Source of the DNA: Candidatus Latescibacterota bacterium
GTDB lineage: Bacteria > Latescibacterota > CBDEFO01
Direction: 5' to 3'
Assembly: GCA_965237525.1 (NCBI GenBank)
Contig: CBDEFO010000007.1
Location: 736,001-800,000 of the forward strand
DNA: 64,000 nt
The stretch's first letter is position 1. Each line of letters begins with the position of its first letter. Shown piece after piece: positions 10,738-21,173 of the stretch. The notes below the pieces were generated by a model. It was given only the letters and a program-made list of their open reading frames with translations, did no database searches and was not told the origin of the DNA. Made by a program: the position numbers and the translations under genes.

Positions 10738-12207
10738 ATGACTAATGTCACGAAAAAGATAGCTTTGAACGCCTCTTTTCTTGCCATAGATGACATTGTC
10801 TTGAAGGCACTGTCGTTGGTATCGCTTCCGATTATGATGCGCTATCTGGGAGTCGATACCTTCGGGATGTACGTATTTGCACAGAGCTTTGCGTCCATTA
10901 TCCTGGTCGTATCGGACGTTGGGTTGAAGACGACCCTGGTAAGAGATGTTGCCAAGAATAAAGAGAGAGCGGGCGAATACGTCCACAACAGTATGATCTT
11001 GAAGTCTATCTTTTTTGTTATCGCGTTTATGATCACTCTCGGGATCGTAGATGGACTTGGGTATTTTTCAGAAAAGGCGTCCCTGATCTATCTGGTTATG
11101 GTGTCAGGGATAACGGCTTCTTTTACAGTTTTGCTGTCCTCCTTTTTTAAGGCCTTTGAGGTGATGCACACGAAAGCTTTGGTAGACATCGCTGGAGGCC
11201 TGATCAGCCTCATCGCAGTTATAGCTGTTTTGGTATTACTCAGAGGAGGAATATACGAGCTTCTGGCAGCGTTTGTGGTGGGAAATCTTCTGATAGCAGC
11301 CTGGAGCTACAGGCTTGTTAAAGCCAAGATCGCTGAAACGGCGTCCTGGCACCACAACTGGAAGGTGGATTGGGGAGCTATAAAATCTCTATTTATGCTA
11401 TCGATACCTGTGGGAATCTCAGGAATATTCGTGATGGTCTATAACTATTTCGATATTGTAATGTTAGAGTGGATGAGAGGAGACTATGAAGTGGGCGTCT
11501 ACGGAGCGGCGTATAAGCTGATCATAACACTGCACTTTATCCCTTATGCGATAGTTGGGGCTCTATTTCCCGTAATGTCTAGGCTTTCAAAGAGTTCTCC
11601 GATAGAGCTAAAGTTTATCTTTGAAAGGTCGTTCAAGTACTTAGCGCTATTGGGACTACCGATAGCTGTAGGGGTCACGTTTACGGCAGATGAGATTATG
11701 ATCCTTCTGGGAGGGGAAAACTGGGCTGAGGCCGGCACGGCACTCAAGATCTTGATCTGGGCGACGTTTATAGCGTTCTTGAACTATCCGATAGGGGCCC
11801 TTGTGATCACTTTAGATAGACAGAAGGTGGCGGCTTTCAACGCAGGGGTGTGTATGGTTGTCAACATAGGGTTGAATTTCCTGCTTATTCCATCGATGGG
11901 ATTTAAAGGCGCAAGTATCGCAACTGTGGCAACCGAGGCTTTATTGTTCATGATGGGCTATATAGCTCTTTCGCGGGCGTTATATTCTCCTCCAGTGTTG
12001 AGCCTTTCAGCAAAACCAACAGTCTGTGGAGTAGGCCTTGCAGTGGTTCTGTACCTTTTAGGGAACATCGGGCTCTTTTTGTCCGTTTTGGCCTCCATCG
12101 CTGCGTATACGGGATTTCTGCTATTGACGCGGATATTCGATGAAAGGGACAGGGACATGTTTTTGGATCTCCTTCCGGGTCAATTAGAATGGAGAGCAAG
12201 AAATTGA
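10738..12207 (+). CDS. wzx: Polysaccharide flippase (Wzx/RfbX, MATE-like)
   Basis: Multi-TM; RYLGVDTFG, DVGL, VGVYGAAYKL, LLIPSMGFKGASIAT. Confidence 0.9.
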   Translation: MTNVTKKIALNASFLAIDDIVLKALSLVSLPIMMRYLGVDTFGMYVFAQSFASIILVVSDVGLKTTLVRDVAKNKERAGEYVHNSMILKSIFFVIAFMITLGIVDGLGYFSEKASLIYLVMVSGITASFTVLLSSFFKAFEVMHTKALVDIAGGLISLIAVIAVLVLLRGGIYELLAAFVVGNLLIAAWSYRLVKAKIAETASWHHNWKVDWGAIKSLFMLSIPVGISGIFVMVYNYFDIVMLEWMRGDYEVGVYGAAYKLIITLHFIPYAIVGALFPVMSRLSKSSPIELKFIFERSFKYLALLGLPIAVGVTFTADEIMILLGGENWAEAGTALKILIWATFIAFLNYPIGALVITLDRQKVAAFNAGVCMVVNIGLNFLLIPSMGFKGASIATVATEALLFMMGYIALSRALYSPPVLSLSAKPTVCGVGLAVVLYLLGNIGLFLSVLASIAAYTGFLLLTRIFDERDRDMFLDLLPGQLEWRARN

Positions 12208-13391
12208 GAATCTTTTACGTATGCGATGTCTATCTGAGTCGTCAGATAGCATGGACAACGCATGTCAAAGAGATTACTGAGAATATGAAGATGCTGGGAC
12301 ACGAGGTGATCCTGTTCGCTCCGGCGTACGGTAAGCACAGAGAAGAGACATCCGTGGATGTGGTCTATGTCCCCACAACTAACATCAGGTTTTTCAGGGT
12401 CTTCGTCTTCTATCTTTTGGTGTTTTTGTATATTTTTCTATACCATCTGAAGAGGGGAAGACCCGATGTGGTCTATATACGGGAGATGTATATTTCAGCT
12501 ACGGCACAGCTAGCTGCAAAACTTCTGAGCGTTCCTGCCGTGTTAGAAGTGAATGGGATAAATCAGGAGGAAAGGAGTGATACCTCAGGATCGAGTCCCG
12601 AGGTGATATTGAGCGGATTCTTTCAGAATTGGGGCGTTAAGATGGCAGATATGGTGATCGCTATTACACCCAAATTGAGGGGGAAACTCGCAGAGAGGGC
12701 AAACGTCCATATTGAGAAGATATTTGTAGTGAGGAATGGGACGAATGTGGACATGTTTACGCCTATGGACGAGATGGAGGCTAAGGAGAGATTAGGGCTG
12801 AAGCGGGACAGAGATTACGTTTGCTTTGTAAGCAGTCTCTATCCGTTCCACGGTGCCCTGAATCTGGTAGAAAGTAGTCCTGATGTGCTTAAAGAGAGAG
12901 GAAATGTCAGCTTTTTGATTGTAGGAGATGGGTTTATGAAGGGTGAGTTAATAGAAAGAACGAGGGAGTTGGGCGTGTATAGAGATTTTGTGTTTACAGG
13001 TGAGGTCGGTTATGACTATGTGCCGCTCTACATCAACGCGTCGAAGTTGACTCTGTGTTTTATAAGGAATATAAGAGAAAGTGGGGAAGGCAGTCCGCTG
13101 AAGTTATTTGAGTATATGTCCTGTGGGAAAGCAATTCTGGCAAGCAAGGGCCCTGAGTGCGGTCAGTTTGTGGAGCAAGCGGAGGCTGGAAGATCTGTGG
13201 ACACTGAGGACAAGAAGGAAATCTCCCGGAGTATATTGGCGCTTTTGGAGGACGACCAAGAAAGGGAACGCATGGGCAAGAAGGGGAGAGATTATGCACT
13301 TCAAAATTGCAGTTGGAAGAAAGTTACCGAACGGGTGTTGGAACTTTCAAGCCAGAACGACGAAATACCAAAGGGGACGAGGACAGCTTGA
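12189..13391 (+). CDS. GT4 glycosyltransferase
   Basis: VLEVNG, IVGDG, SPLKLFEYMSCGK. Confidence 0.9.
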   Translation: MESKKLRIFYVCDVYLSRQIAWTTHVKEITENMKMLGHEVILFAPAYGKHREETSVDVVYVPTTNIRFFRVFVFYLLVFLYIFLYHLKRGRPDVVYIREMYISATAQLAAKLLSVPAVLEVNGINQEERSDTSGSSPEVILSGFFQNWGVKMADMVIAITPKLRGKLAERANVHIEKIFVVRNGTNVDMFTPMDEMEAKERLGLKRDRDYVCFVSSLYPFHGALNLVESSPDVLKERGNVSFLIVGDGFMKGELIERTRELGVYRDFVFTGEVGYDYVPLYINASKLTLCFIRNIRESGEGSPLKLFEYMSCGKAILASKGPECGQFVEQAEAGRSVDTEDKKEISRSILALLEDDQERERMGKKGRDYALQNCSWKKVTERVLELSSQNDEIPKGTRTA

Positions 13392-14653
13392 AGAGGAGGG
13401 AATCAGCATTAATCGCAGGGATCGCAATTGTGGCTCTGGCTATAAGATTAGGGGTCATCTATAACTTCACTGTTCCTGTGGAAAAGGATGCCCTGGAATA
13501 CGATAAGATAGCTGTGAGTCTGTCACAAGGGAGAGGCTTCGAAATCGATGGACATCCTACTTCGCAAAGGCCTCCGATGTACCCGCTCTTTCTGTCGCTT
13601 GTCTACGGTCTCTTCGGGCACAGCCATGAGGCGGCAACTGCTGGAAATGCCCTGTTGGGCGCCGCAGCATGTATCGCTGCATACTTAATTGGAAGAGAGA
13701 TCAAGGACTTGAGGACTGGCACTATAGCAGCGACGTTGACAGCCCTGCATCCGTCTTTTGAAGTAGCCACAAGGCTGTACTCTGAGAATCTATTCATTCC
13801 CCTTGTAGGGTTATCAACATTGGTCTGCATCAAGGTGGTCCGAGATAAGAGGCTATATCTATATATCTTAGCGGGATTCCTCATCGGGCTTTCGACGCTT
13901 ACAAGGCAGACTGCAGGGCTTTTGTTGTTCTTTATCGCACCGCTTATGTTATTAGGACAGAGAGATAAACAGAGAATTACTAAAGGAATCCTAGCGGCAG
14001 TTACGGCGTTTTTGATTGTCATCGTCCCGTGGCAGACAAGAAACTGGTTTATGAAAGACAGGGTAGTGAATCAGGACTTATTGAACTTCGCATTTGCTTT
14101 TGCTAATTACCCATTGTTCTCCGGAAGCAACTGGTGGACTGTCTTCGACATGGAGAAGTTTGAGATGGAGCGGGACCGAGGAGTCGAATTTGTCACGAGG
14201 AAGGCCCAAGAGCTGGGCGGACAGAATGAGGGATTGAGCAAGCTGAAACTGGTAGTATTTGATAAGATATGTGGAAATCCGAAAGGATTTATCAAATTGT
14301 GCACCAGCAGGATTGCTATCTTCTGGCTCTCTCCTCCTGTGGGAACTTATTTTATCAAAGAGAAAGGCAAAACATTAGCCGGTTGGTGGATGGGGATAAA
14401 CTACCTCTTATTGGGAACAGTTTTTTGGGGAGGATACCTGTCCCTGAGGGAGGGCAGGGTGGCCTGGATTGTTTTGGGGTTGCTTTTGTATTTCACTCTA
14501 TTTCACGGACTTACACATAGCATCAGAAGGTATAGCTACACAGTGGTCCCTGAGATGATGGTACTCTCTGCCGTGTCAATTTCAACTCTTTATAACCGCT
14601 GGAAGGGGCTATGGCTCAAAAAATCGAACGGCGATTGCGCGGTGTCAGTCTGA
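13388..14653 (+). CDS. GT-C/GT39 (ArnT/PMT-like) integral membrane glycosyltransferase
   Basis: DALEYD, RPPMYPLFLS, YSENLF, VPWQTRN, multi-TM; TTG start chosen because it overlaps the previous stop. Confidence 0.82.
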   Translation: MKRRESALIAGIAIVALAIRLGVIYNFTVPVEKDALEYDKIAVSLSQGRGFEIDGHPTSQRPPMYPLFLSLVYGLFGHSHEAATAGNALLGAAACIAAYLIGREIKDLRTGTIAATLTALHPSFEVATRLYSENLFIPLVGLSTLVCIKVVRDKRLYLYILAGFLIGLSTLTRQTAGLLLFFIAPLMLLGQRDKQRITKGILAAVTAFLIVIVPWQTRNWFMKDRVVNQDLLNFAFAFANYPLFSGSNWWTVFDMEKFEMERDRGVEFVTRKAQELGGQNEGLSKLKLVVFDKICGNPKGFIKLCTSRIAIFWLSPPVGTYFIKEKGKTLAGWWMGINYLLLGTVFWGGYLSLREGRVAWIVLGLLLYFTLFHGLTHSIRRYSYTVVPEMMVLSAVSISTLYNRWKGLWLKKSNGDCAVSV

Positions 14654-15498
14654 TAGTCCCGGCCTACAATGAGGAAAAGGGAATCGAAGGGGTGTTGAAG
14701 GGGCTAATTGACATTATGAACAATAATAAGACAGACTATGAGATTATCGTCGTGAACGACGGATCTACCGATAATACCGGCCAGATTTTAAAGGAGCTTT
14801 CAGATATAGTAGTTGTAGACCATTTTCAGAACAAGGGATACGGAGCAGCGTTGAAGTCTGGGATAAGGAAGTCTCGCTACGAAACTGTAGTCATTACAGA
14901 TGCGGACGGCACCTACCCAAACAGCCGCATACCTGAACTTGTAGAGGGGATCGAAGAATACGACATGGTAGTCGGTGCAAGAACCGGAGAAAACGTAAAG
15001 ATACCCTTAATAAGGAGACCTGCCAAGAGCTTCTTAAATATACTTGCTAATTATCTGTTGGAGACAAAGATACCAGATCTTAATTCGGGATTGAGGGCCT
15101 TTAGAAAGGACACTGTAATGTGGTATTTTAACATCTTGCCGGATAGCTTCTCTTTTACGACTACGATCACTCTGGCTATGTTAGGCGATGGATTCGCCGT
15201 CAATTATATCCCTATAGACTACGGAACAAGGAAAGGAAAATCCAAGATAAAGGCCAGGGATGCGTTCAATTTTCTGGTCCTGATAGTACGGACGATTATG
15301 TATTTTAACCCTTTACGGGTCTTTCTGCCCATAAGTTTGGGACTCCTGTCGGCGGCGCTTATAAGGTTAGGATACGATATTTTTGTGCTGAGCAACATAA
15401 CGGATTCTTCAACTATGTTTTTTATCGCCGCTCTTCAGGTTGGATTGATAGGGATGTTAGCCGATCTTGTGGCCAAAAAGAGACAGCCGAGAGCTTGA
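14611..15498 (+). CDS. GT2 glycosyltransferase (DPM1-like polyprenol-P sugar synthase)
   Basis: IVPAYNEE, VNDGSTD, ITDADGTY, DLNSGLRAFR, two C-terminal TMs. Confidence 0.92.
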   Translation: MAQKIERRLRGVSLIVPAYNEEKGIEGVLKGLIDIMNNNKTDYEIIVVNDGSTDNTGQILKELSDIVVVDHFQNKGYGAALKSGIRKSRYETVVITDADGTYPNSRIPELVEGIEEYDMVVGARTGENVKIPLIRRPAKSFLNILANYLLETKIPDLNSGLRAFRKDTVMWYFNILPDSFSFTTTITLAMLGDGFAVNYIPIDYGTRKGKSKIKARDAFNFLVLIVRTIMYFNPLRVFLPISLGLLSAALIRLGYDIFVLSNITDSSTMFFIAALQVGLIGMLADLVAKKRQPRA

Positions 15499-15534
15499 AT
15501 AAGTAGAGAAGGGCCACTTCTTCCCCATCCTTGG

Positions 15535-15733
15535 GGGTTGCTTCGTCAGACAGGAAGATCTACCCCAACAGAGGGCTAGGTAGACAGACATTTTTGTCTG
15601 TCCTGGAGGCAAGAGCAGGCAATGACTGAAGCTGGAGGCTGAACGGCGTCATTTAGAGCAGATTACAACGTCATTGCGACACTCCGATTGAATCCCCGAT
15701 TGATTCTATCGGGGATCGAAGCGAAGTAACCTC
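15535..15733. repeat. Composite REP-like palindromic element (copy 2)
   Basis: ggttgcttcg...gcaatgac / cgtcattgcga...gcgaagtaacctc with inner hairpins gacagaca/tgtctgtc and tccccgat/atcgggga. Confidence 0.7.
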
Positions 15734-15768
15734 ATCATAAAACGACTCCAGATCAGAGTCATAATTCC

Positions 15769-16728
15769 ATGCAAGAAGAAAATAGAAACAAAGAACTTAA
15801 GGCTTTGGAACTCCGGTGCCAGTTCGTGAGACATATGAACAGAGAGGACGAAGGGGCTGAGATAGAAGTTGTAGCGTACCAGGAAACAGGAGGAGACAGT
15901 CCGAAGATGTCGGTAATCGTTCCGACATCAGATGCCTACAGGGACGGGTATTTCCCGCAGCTTTTAGAGCAGTTGAGGGATCAGTCCTTCAAGGACTTTG
16001 AGGTCATCGTAGTCAAAGGGGATAAAAGACAGGGCAGAGCCATAAACACAGGTGCCGCAATGGCAAGGGGCGATATTTTAGTGACTTTAGACGACGATAC
16101 GAGGCTGGGGCACGCTGAGGTGTTAGAGAATCTCTATGGGGTTCTAAGTGATTATCCCGATATAGGCATGGCGGGAGTGGCGAATCTAGTGCCGGACGAC
16201 GTCCCCTGGCTCCAAAGGAGGACTATGGAGGAAGTTCCGAGGAGGAGCTCTGATGTGGTGGGGGTCATCACAGAGAGCGATATGGCAGAGCATCCGTGCT
16301 GTGCTATCCCCAAAAAGGTTTTCTGTGAAGTAGGCGGCGAGAATGAGATTATCCCGAGGGGCTTAGACCCTTATCTGAGAAGAGAGATAAGGAGGGCGGG
16401 ATACAGAGTAGTCGTGATCCCGAACACTTATATCTATCACCTTCCGCCCCGTAGGTTTAAGGCTCTGGTAAGACAGTTTTTCAGGAACGGTAGACAATCT
16501 GCGCTCTGCACGAAGGTATATCCGGAGTGGGTCGTAGAATTGACGGAGAAACATAGCGAGGATGTACCTGAGAACGCCACTTTGCTCAAGAGGTCGCTCA
16601 GGGCGGCTTCGAGGTTGATAAAGGCGCTGTTTTCTGGCAAGCTTATATGGTTGGTCACATCTTTGGCGTACCTCGCCGGCTTCGGGTGGGAGATGGTCAG
16701 ATTACGCCTTATGTCTGAAAGGGAATAG
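15769..16728 (+). CDS. GT2 glycosyltransferase
   Basis: SVIVPT, AINTGAAMARGDILVTLDDD; start uncertain. Confidence 0.85.
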   Translation: MQEENRNKELKALELRCQFVRHMNREDEGAEIEVVAYQETGGDSPKMSVIVPTSDAYRDGYFPQLLEQLRDQSFKDFEVIVVKGDKRQGRAINTGAAMARGDILVTLDDDTRLGHAEVLENLYGVLSDYPDIGMAGVANLVPDDVPWLQRRTMEEVPRRSSDVVGVITESDMAEHPCCAIPKKVFCEVGGENEIIPRGLDPYLRREIRRAGYRVVVIPNTYIYHLPPRRFKALVRQFFRNGRQSALCTKVYPEWVVELTEKHSEDVPENATLLKRSLRAASRLIKALFSGKLIWLVTSLAYLAGFGWEMVRLRLMSERE

Positions 16729-16732
16729 AGTC

Positions 16733-17917
16733 ATGGGGAAAACGATCTTGTGGGCGAACGACTTCCCGCCTGTGGTAAGTGGGATCGCCACGTTCTTCTA
16801 CAATTTATGGGTAGAACTACCCAAAGAAAGGACCGTTGTGATAGCTCCGAAGGCAAAGGGCTATCGGGAGTTCGATAGGCAGCGCGATGTTGTTGTGAAA
16901 AGGATATGGCTGCCATTAGGCGAGTCAATATGGGCCAAGGTCATCAAGACACTTTTAACTCTGATATGGAGCCTCTATCTATCACTCGTAGTGAGACCTC
17001 GAAAGTTTCACTGCGGTCAGGTGCTATCTTCGGGAATTGCAGGGCTTCTGTGCAAAAGGCTGTTCAAGATCGCGTACGTGGTCTATGTGTACGGATCTGA
17101 GACCTTCCGGCTGGGTAAAGGGAGAAGGGGAAAATGGCTGATGAGAAAGGTGTTAAACGAGAGCCAGACCGTAGTGTCGATCAGTGATTCCACTTCGAAG
17201 GAGCTTGAAGGGTTCGGCGTAAATAGAAAGAAAATAGTAAAGATATGTCCGGGGGTCGATTCGAGGCGCTTTTGCCCAAAGGCTAAGGATAAAGACTTGA
17301 CAGAGCGTCTGGGGCTGGACGGGATGAAGGTGATCTTGACTGTTGCAAGGCTCGACCAAAGGAAGGGACACGACATGGTGATGAAGGCTCTGTCAAGAAT
17401 AAGCAGAGAGAAAAAAACAAAGAGCGTGCAAGGAGAAGAGCTGAACCCTGTTTACTCCAAATATGTGATAGTGGGTAAGGGAATTGAAGAGGAAAGATTG
17501 AAGGAGCTATCTGGAAAGTTGGAGATCGAGGACACGGTCCTTTTTACAGGATATGTTCCCGATGACCAGATAGTGGATTATTACAATCTTTGCGACGTAT
17601 TTGTGATGCCGAACAGGGTAACAAAAGGGACGTCTTTAGAGGGCGATATACAGGGATTCGGGATTTCGTTTGTAGAAGCTGCAGCGTGTGAAAAGCCCGC
17701 AATAGCAGGGCGTTCAGGTGGCACAGCAGAAGCAGTGTTAGACGGTGTTACGGGTATTTTAGTAGAGCCAGAGTCCGAGAAGGAAATAGCAGATGCGATA
17801 AGGAGGCTTATAGAGGATGAGGAGTTGGCGCTGAAAATGGGCAGAGCAGGAAGGGAAAGAGCGAAAAAGGAATTCGATTGGCAAAAACTGGCAAAATCAG
17901 TGGAGGAGATACTGTGA
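16733..17917 (+). CDS. GT4 glycosyltransferase (PimB-like)
   Basis: ANDFPPVVSG, ARLDQRKG, GFGISFVEAAACEKP. Confidence 0.92.
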   Translation: MGKTILWANDFPPVVSGIATFFYNLWVELPKERTVVIAPKAKGYREFDRQRDVVVKRIWLPLGESIWAKVIKTLLTLIWSLYLSLVVRPRKFHCGQVLSSGIAGLLCKRLFKIAYVVYVYGSETFRLGKGRRGKWLMRKVLNESQTVVSISDSTSKELEGFGVNRKKIVKICPGVDSRRFCPKAKDKDLTERLGLDGMKVILTVARLDQRKGHDMVMKALSRISREKKTKSVQGEELNPVYSKYVIVGKGIEEERLKELSGKLEIEDTVLFTGYVPDDQIVDYYNLCDVFVMPNRVTKGTSLEGDIQGFGISFVEAAACEKPAIAGRSGGTAEAVLDGVTGILVEPESEKEIADAIRRLIEDEELALKMGRAGRERAKKEFDWQKLAKSVEEIL

Positions 17918-18594
17918 AGTGGAACACCCGCTGCAAAGAGTTGGATGTATCGGGGGTTAAAATGAAGCCTGCCTTCCTGGGGAAAGTGACATCGAAGGTA
18001 CGAGATCTGGCCGGCTTGTTGTGTATGGGCGGTCAAGGCATTATACTAGACGTGGGATGCGGAAACGGTCTGTTCCTTGCGTCCGTAGGCAGAGCGTCAG
18101 CTTCAAAGAATGAATTAGTCCTGGTTGGAGTGGACAGATCTATGCCGCTTTTGAAGGAGGCTAAGGGAATTTTCAAAGATAATTCTGTGGAGTGTGTAAG
18201 CCTCCTCCAGGGAAACGCTTTAGCAATGCCGTTCAAGCGTGGGTCTCTAGATTACGTTTTGATGATTAATACGCTTCTGAATATGCCGGATAGGACAGTA
18301 GTAGCAGCTATCCTTCGCGAGCTTATGTCTCTCTGCAAGATAGACGGAAAGATGGTTGTGGACATCCGCAACGGACATAATCCCTATATAAGGTTTAAAT
18401 ACTGGCTTCACAACAGAAGGGGGACATTCCCGACGAAGGCTTACAGATTAGATGAGATATGTCGTATATTTGAGAAAGCTGGGTTTGCCGTAGCCCGAAA
18501 GGTACCTGTCGGGATTCCTGCTTTATCTATGGCTTTTGCGTTTGTGTTGGAGGCAGTGAAAGTCCGAAAGGTGGATGAAGGGTGCAGTTATTGA
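17914..18594 (+). CDS. Class I SAM-dependent methyltransferase
   Basis: ILDVGCGNG, GVDRS, GNALAMPF. Confidence 0.85.
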   Translation: MKWNTRCKELDVSGVKMKPAFLGKVTSKVRDLAGLLCMGGQGIILDVGCGNGLFLASVGRASASKNELVLVGVDRSMPLLKEAKGIFKDNSVECVSLLQGNALAMPFKRGSLDYVLMINTLLNMPDRTVVAAILRELMSLCKIDGKMVVDIRNGHNPYIRFKYWLHNRRGTFPTKAYRLDEICRIFEKAGFAVARKVPVGIPALSMAFAFVLEAVKVRKVDEGCSY

Positions 18595-19766
18595 CGCCTT
18601 CTGCTGGCACGCCCCTGGGCTTGGGAGACCTTTTACAGGGAATCACCTCGTCCAACGGGAGCGTCAGGGGCCTTGAGGCGCAACTCTCAGATTACATTGA
18701 AGTCGGCTACTGTCACTTTGTAAATTCAGGGACGACAGCGCTCTACATAATTTTAGAGGTCTTAAAGGGATTATCGGACAAAAACAAAGTAGTGCTCCCG
18801 GCTTATACAGCGCCTTCTTTGATATTGCCGCTAGAAAGAGCTAGATTAAGAGCTGTTCTTTGCGATGTATCGCTCGATACGTTTAATCTGGATATAGAGC
18901 ATCTGGAGGAATCCGTGGGAAAAACTGCATTGTGCGTGGTTCCAGTCCATATGTTCGGAATTCCGATGGATATCGAAAGAGTCAAAGATGTTGTAGAGGA
19001 TAAGAACGTATTTATCATAGAGGACGCAGCTTCCTCCTTCGGCTCAAAGATAAAGGGCAGGATGACCGGGACGTTTGGTGACGTGGGCTTCTACAGTTTC
19101 AACAGAGGGAAGAATCTCTCGACCTTGACAGGGGGATGTGTGCTCACGGACTCGGAGGACATCTCTTCAAGGATTGTTGAAAAGATTTCGAAGCTGTCAG
19201 AGTTGAGCTTAAAGTCAAGGTTGATTATGGAGGCAAAAACGGCGGCGCTATCTATAGCTGTGCGACCATTCTTCTATACTGCCTTGTACAGTATCGTATC
19301 TAAATTCAAATATACCGAGCTTCACACCGATTTTGTGTCGTTTAAGTATACGGACTTTCAGGCGGGAGTGGGGAGGGAAGTCCTTAAAAGGGCTGAGGAT
19401 ATTTTCGCAAGGAGGCATCAAAATGGGATTTTTCTGTATGGGGAGCTTGAAGGTACAGAGAGAACCGTACTGCCCCGCATTCCAGAGAATTCTACTCCCG
19501 TCTTTAATCAGTTTCCAGTGCTGTTTGAGGATACAAAGACTAGAGATAGGATTCAAAGGGAAATTTTCAAAGGGGGCGTGGAGATAACGATCCTTTACCG
19601 TGATCCTATTCACAGGATACACGATCTGGGATACGATCTGGATAACGATCCCTTTCCAAATGCGACATACATATCTCAGAGATTGCTCTTAATCCCCACT
19701 CATCCTATTATTTCTCTTGATAAGTTGAGCAAAATTGTAGAGATTATAAAAAGAGAGGTTCGTTAA
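18582..19766 (+). CDS. DegT/DnrJ/EryC1/StrS family PLP aminotransferase
   Basis: NSGTTAL, VPVHMFG, IEDAA, YSFNRGKNL. Confidence 0.88.
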   Translation: MQLLTPSAGTPLGLGDLLQGITSSNGSVRGLEAQLSDYIEVGYCHFVNSGTTALYIILEVLKGLSDKNKVVLPAYTAPSLILPLERARLRAVLCDVSLDTFNLDIEHLEESVGKTALCVVPVHMFGIPMDIERVKDVVEDKNVFIIEDAASSFGSKIKGRMTGTFGDVGFYSFNRGKNLSTLTGGCVLTDSEDISSRIVEKISKLSELSLKSRLIMEAKTAALSIAVRPFFYTALYSIVSKFKYTELHTDFVSFKYTDFQAGVGREVLKRAEDIFARRHQNGIFLYGELEGTERTVLPRIPENSTPVFNQFPVLFEDTKTRDRIQREIFKGGVEITILYRDPIHRIHDLGYDLDNDPFPNATYISQRLLLIPTHPIISLDKLSKIVEIIKREVR

Positions 19767-19810
19767 GACAAGAAAACAGTAGGCAGCATATAGGGAGAGG
19801 CAGTCTGAGT

Positions 19811-19980
19811 GAGATTGTCTGGCTGATCTTCAGAGACCCTTGGCTTGGTTCTGTGCTAGGGGCTCTGGGCTTCCCCGACCCCCAATTGAATCCCCGATAG
19901 ACTCAATCGGGGACTCGCAACAGCTGAAGGTTGGAGCCAAAAATCGTCATTTCGAGGTATTAAAAACTCCGAAACAATCT
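19811..19980. repeat. Composite REP-like palindromic element (copy 3)
   Basis: gagattg...ctcgcaa / cgtcatttcgag...gaaacaatct with cagag..ctctg and tccccgat/atcgggga inner hairpins. Confidence 0.7.
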
Positions 19981-20021
19981 GATGAGAAAGGAGGAGGCGC
20001 CCCGACTGCTGTCTACTATTC

Positions 20022-21173
20022 ATGATTCTATTAATCATAACCCGTTTGGATGGGGGTGGTTCTGCTGAGGCTGTGATGCAGCTTGCCGAGGGTTTGAGAA
20101 AAGACGGCTACAGCGTCAAACTCACAACAGGGAGGACGCTGGAACCTTATGAGGATATTGAGAGCTTTAGCAAGCGGACAGATGTGCCACTGATTTTGGT
20201 GGATGAACTCAAGAGGTCAATAAATCCGTACTGGGATCTGAAAGCTCTGCTCAGGTTGAGGCATATTATCGGTAGCGAAAAGCCGGATATTGTCCACACC
20301 CACTCGTCGAAGGCGGGATTCTTAGGGAGATTAGCAGCCCGGTGGGCGGGCGCAACCACGATAATCCACTCTCCACACGGCCACGTTTTCTACGGTTATT
20401 TTGGGAAGCTGAGGACAGAGCTATATATCCTTTTAGAAAGGTTGACAACAAGGATTACAGATAGAGTGATCACGTTGACCGAAAGGGGCAAATGGGATCA
20501 CGTCAGCTTAAAGGTGGGACCATCTGAGAAGTTTGAGACGATATTTTGTGGGATAGATATAAGTAAATTCAAAGGGGCAGAGAGGGATAGAGAGTGGATC
20601 GAGACGGAATTTGGGATTCCGCGGGACTCATTATTGGCAGGATGGGTTGGTAGGCTGGTACCGATTAAAGGGTGTGAGCATTTTATCAGGGCGTGTAATT
20701 TGGCGGTTAAGCAGAGGCCGGACGTTCGCTTTCTGATCGTAGGAGATGGGACTTTAAGGGGAGAATTGGAAGATCTGATGGGAAGTCTGCGTATGGAGAA
20801 AAGGATGGTCTTTGCAGGGGACAGGCAGGATGTCCCTGATATCATGGCTTCGCTGGATCTCTTTGTATTATCTTCGCTGAACGAAGGCCTGGGGAGGGTG
20901 TTAATCGAGGCTATGGCGTGCGGTTTGCCGGTCGTGGCGACGGATGTTGGAGGGGTGGGAGATATTGTGGCAGACGGAGAAACGGGGCTGTTGGTTCCCC
21001 CCGCTGACGCAATTAGAATGTCTGAAGTTATGGTAAAGGTTCTGTCAGATTCCAGGTTGAGAGGAAGACTCGGAAGAGCAGGGGAGAAGAGGGCTGGAAT
21101 CTTTGAGTTGGAAAGAACTATCGAAAGGACGGAGGAACTCTATTGTCGGCTTATAGAGAAGAGATTACGATAG
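20022..21173 (+). CDS. GT4 glycosyltransferase
   Basis: HTHSSKAG, GRLVPIKG, EGLGRVLIEAMACGLPVVATDVGG. Confidence 0.93.
   Translation: MILLIITRLDGGGSAEAVMQLAEGLRKDGYSVKLTTGRTLEPYEDIESFSKRTDVPLILVDELKRSINPYWDLKALLRLRHIIGSEKPDIVHTHSSKAGFLGRLAARWAGATTIIHSPHGHVFYGYFGKLRTELYILLERLTTRITDRVITLTERGKWDHVSLKVGPSEKFETIFCGIDISKFKGAERDREWIETEFGIPRDSLLAGWVGRLVPIKGCEHFIRACNLAVKQRPDVRFLIVGDGTLRGELEDLMGSLRMEKRMVFAGDRQDVPDIMASLDLFVLSSLNEGLGRVLIEAMACGLPVVATDVGGVGDIVADGETGLLVPPADAIRMSEVMVKVLSDSRLRGRLGRAGEKRAGIFELERTIERTEELYCRLIEKRLR

Noticed and set aside
19840..20038. 61- and 60-aa ORFs upstream of a GT4 gene
   Set aside because: They are translations of the REP-like palindrome
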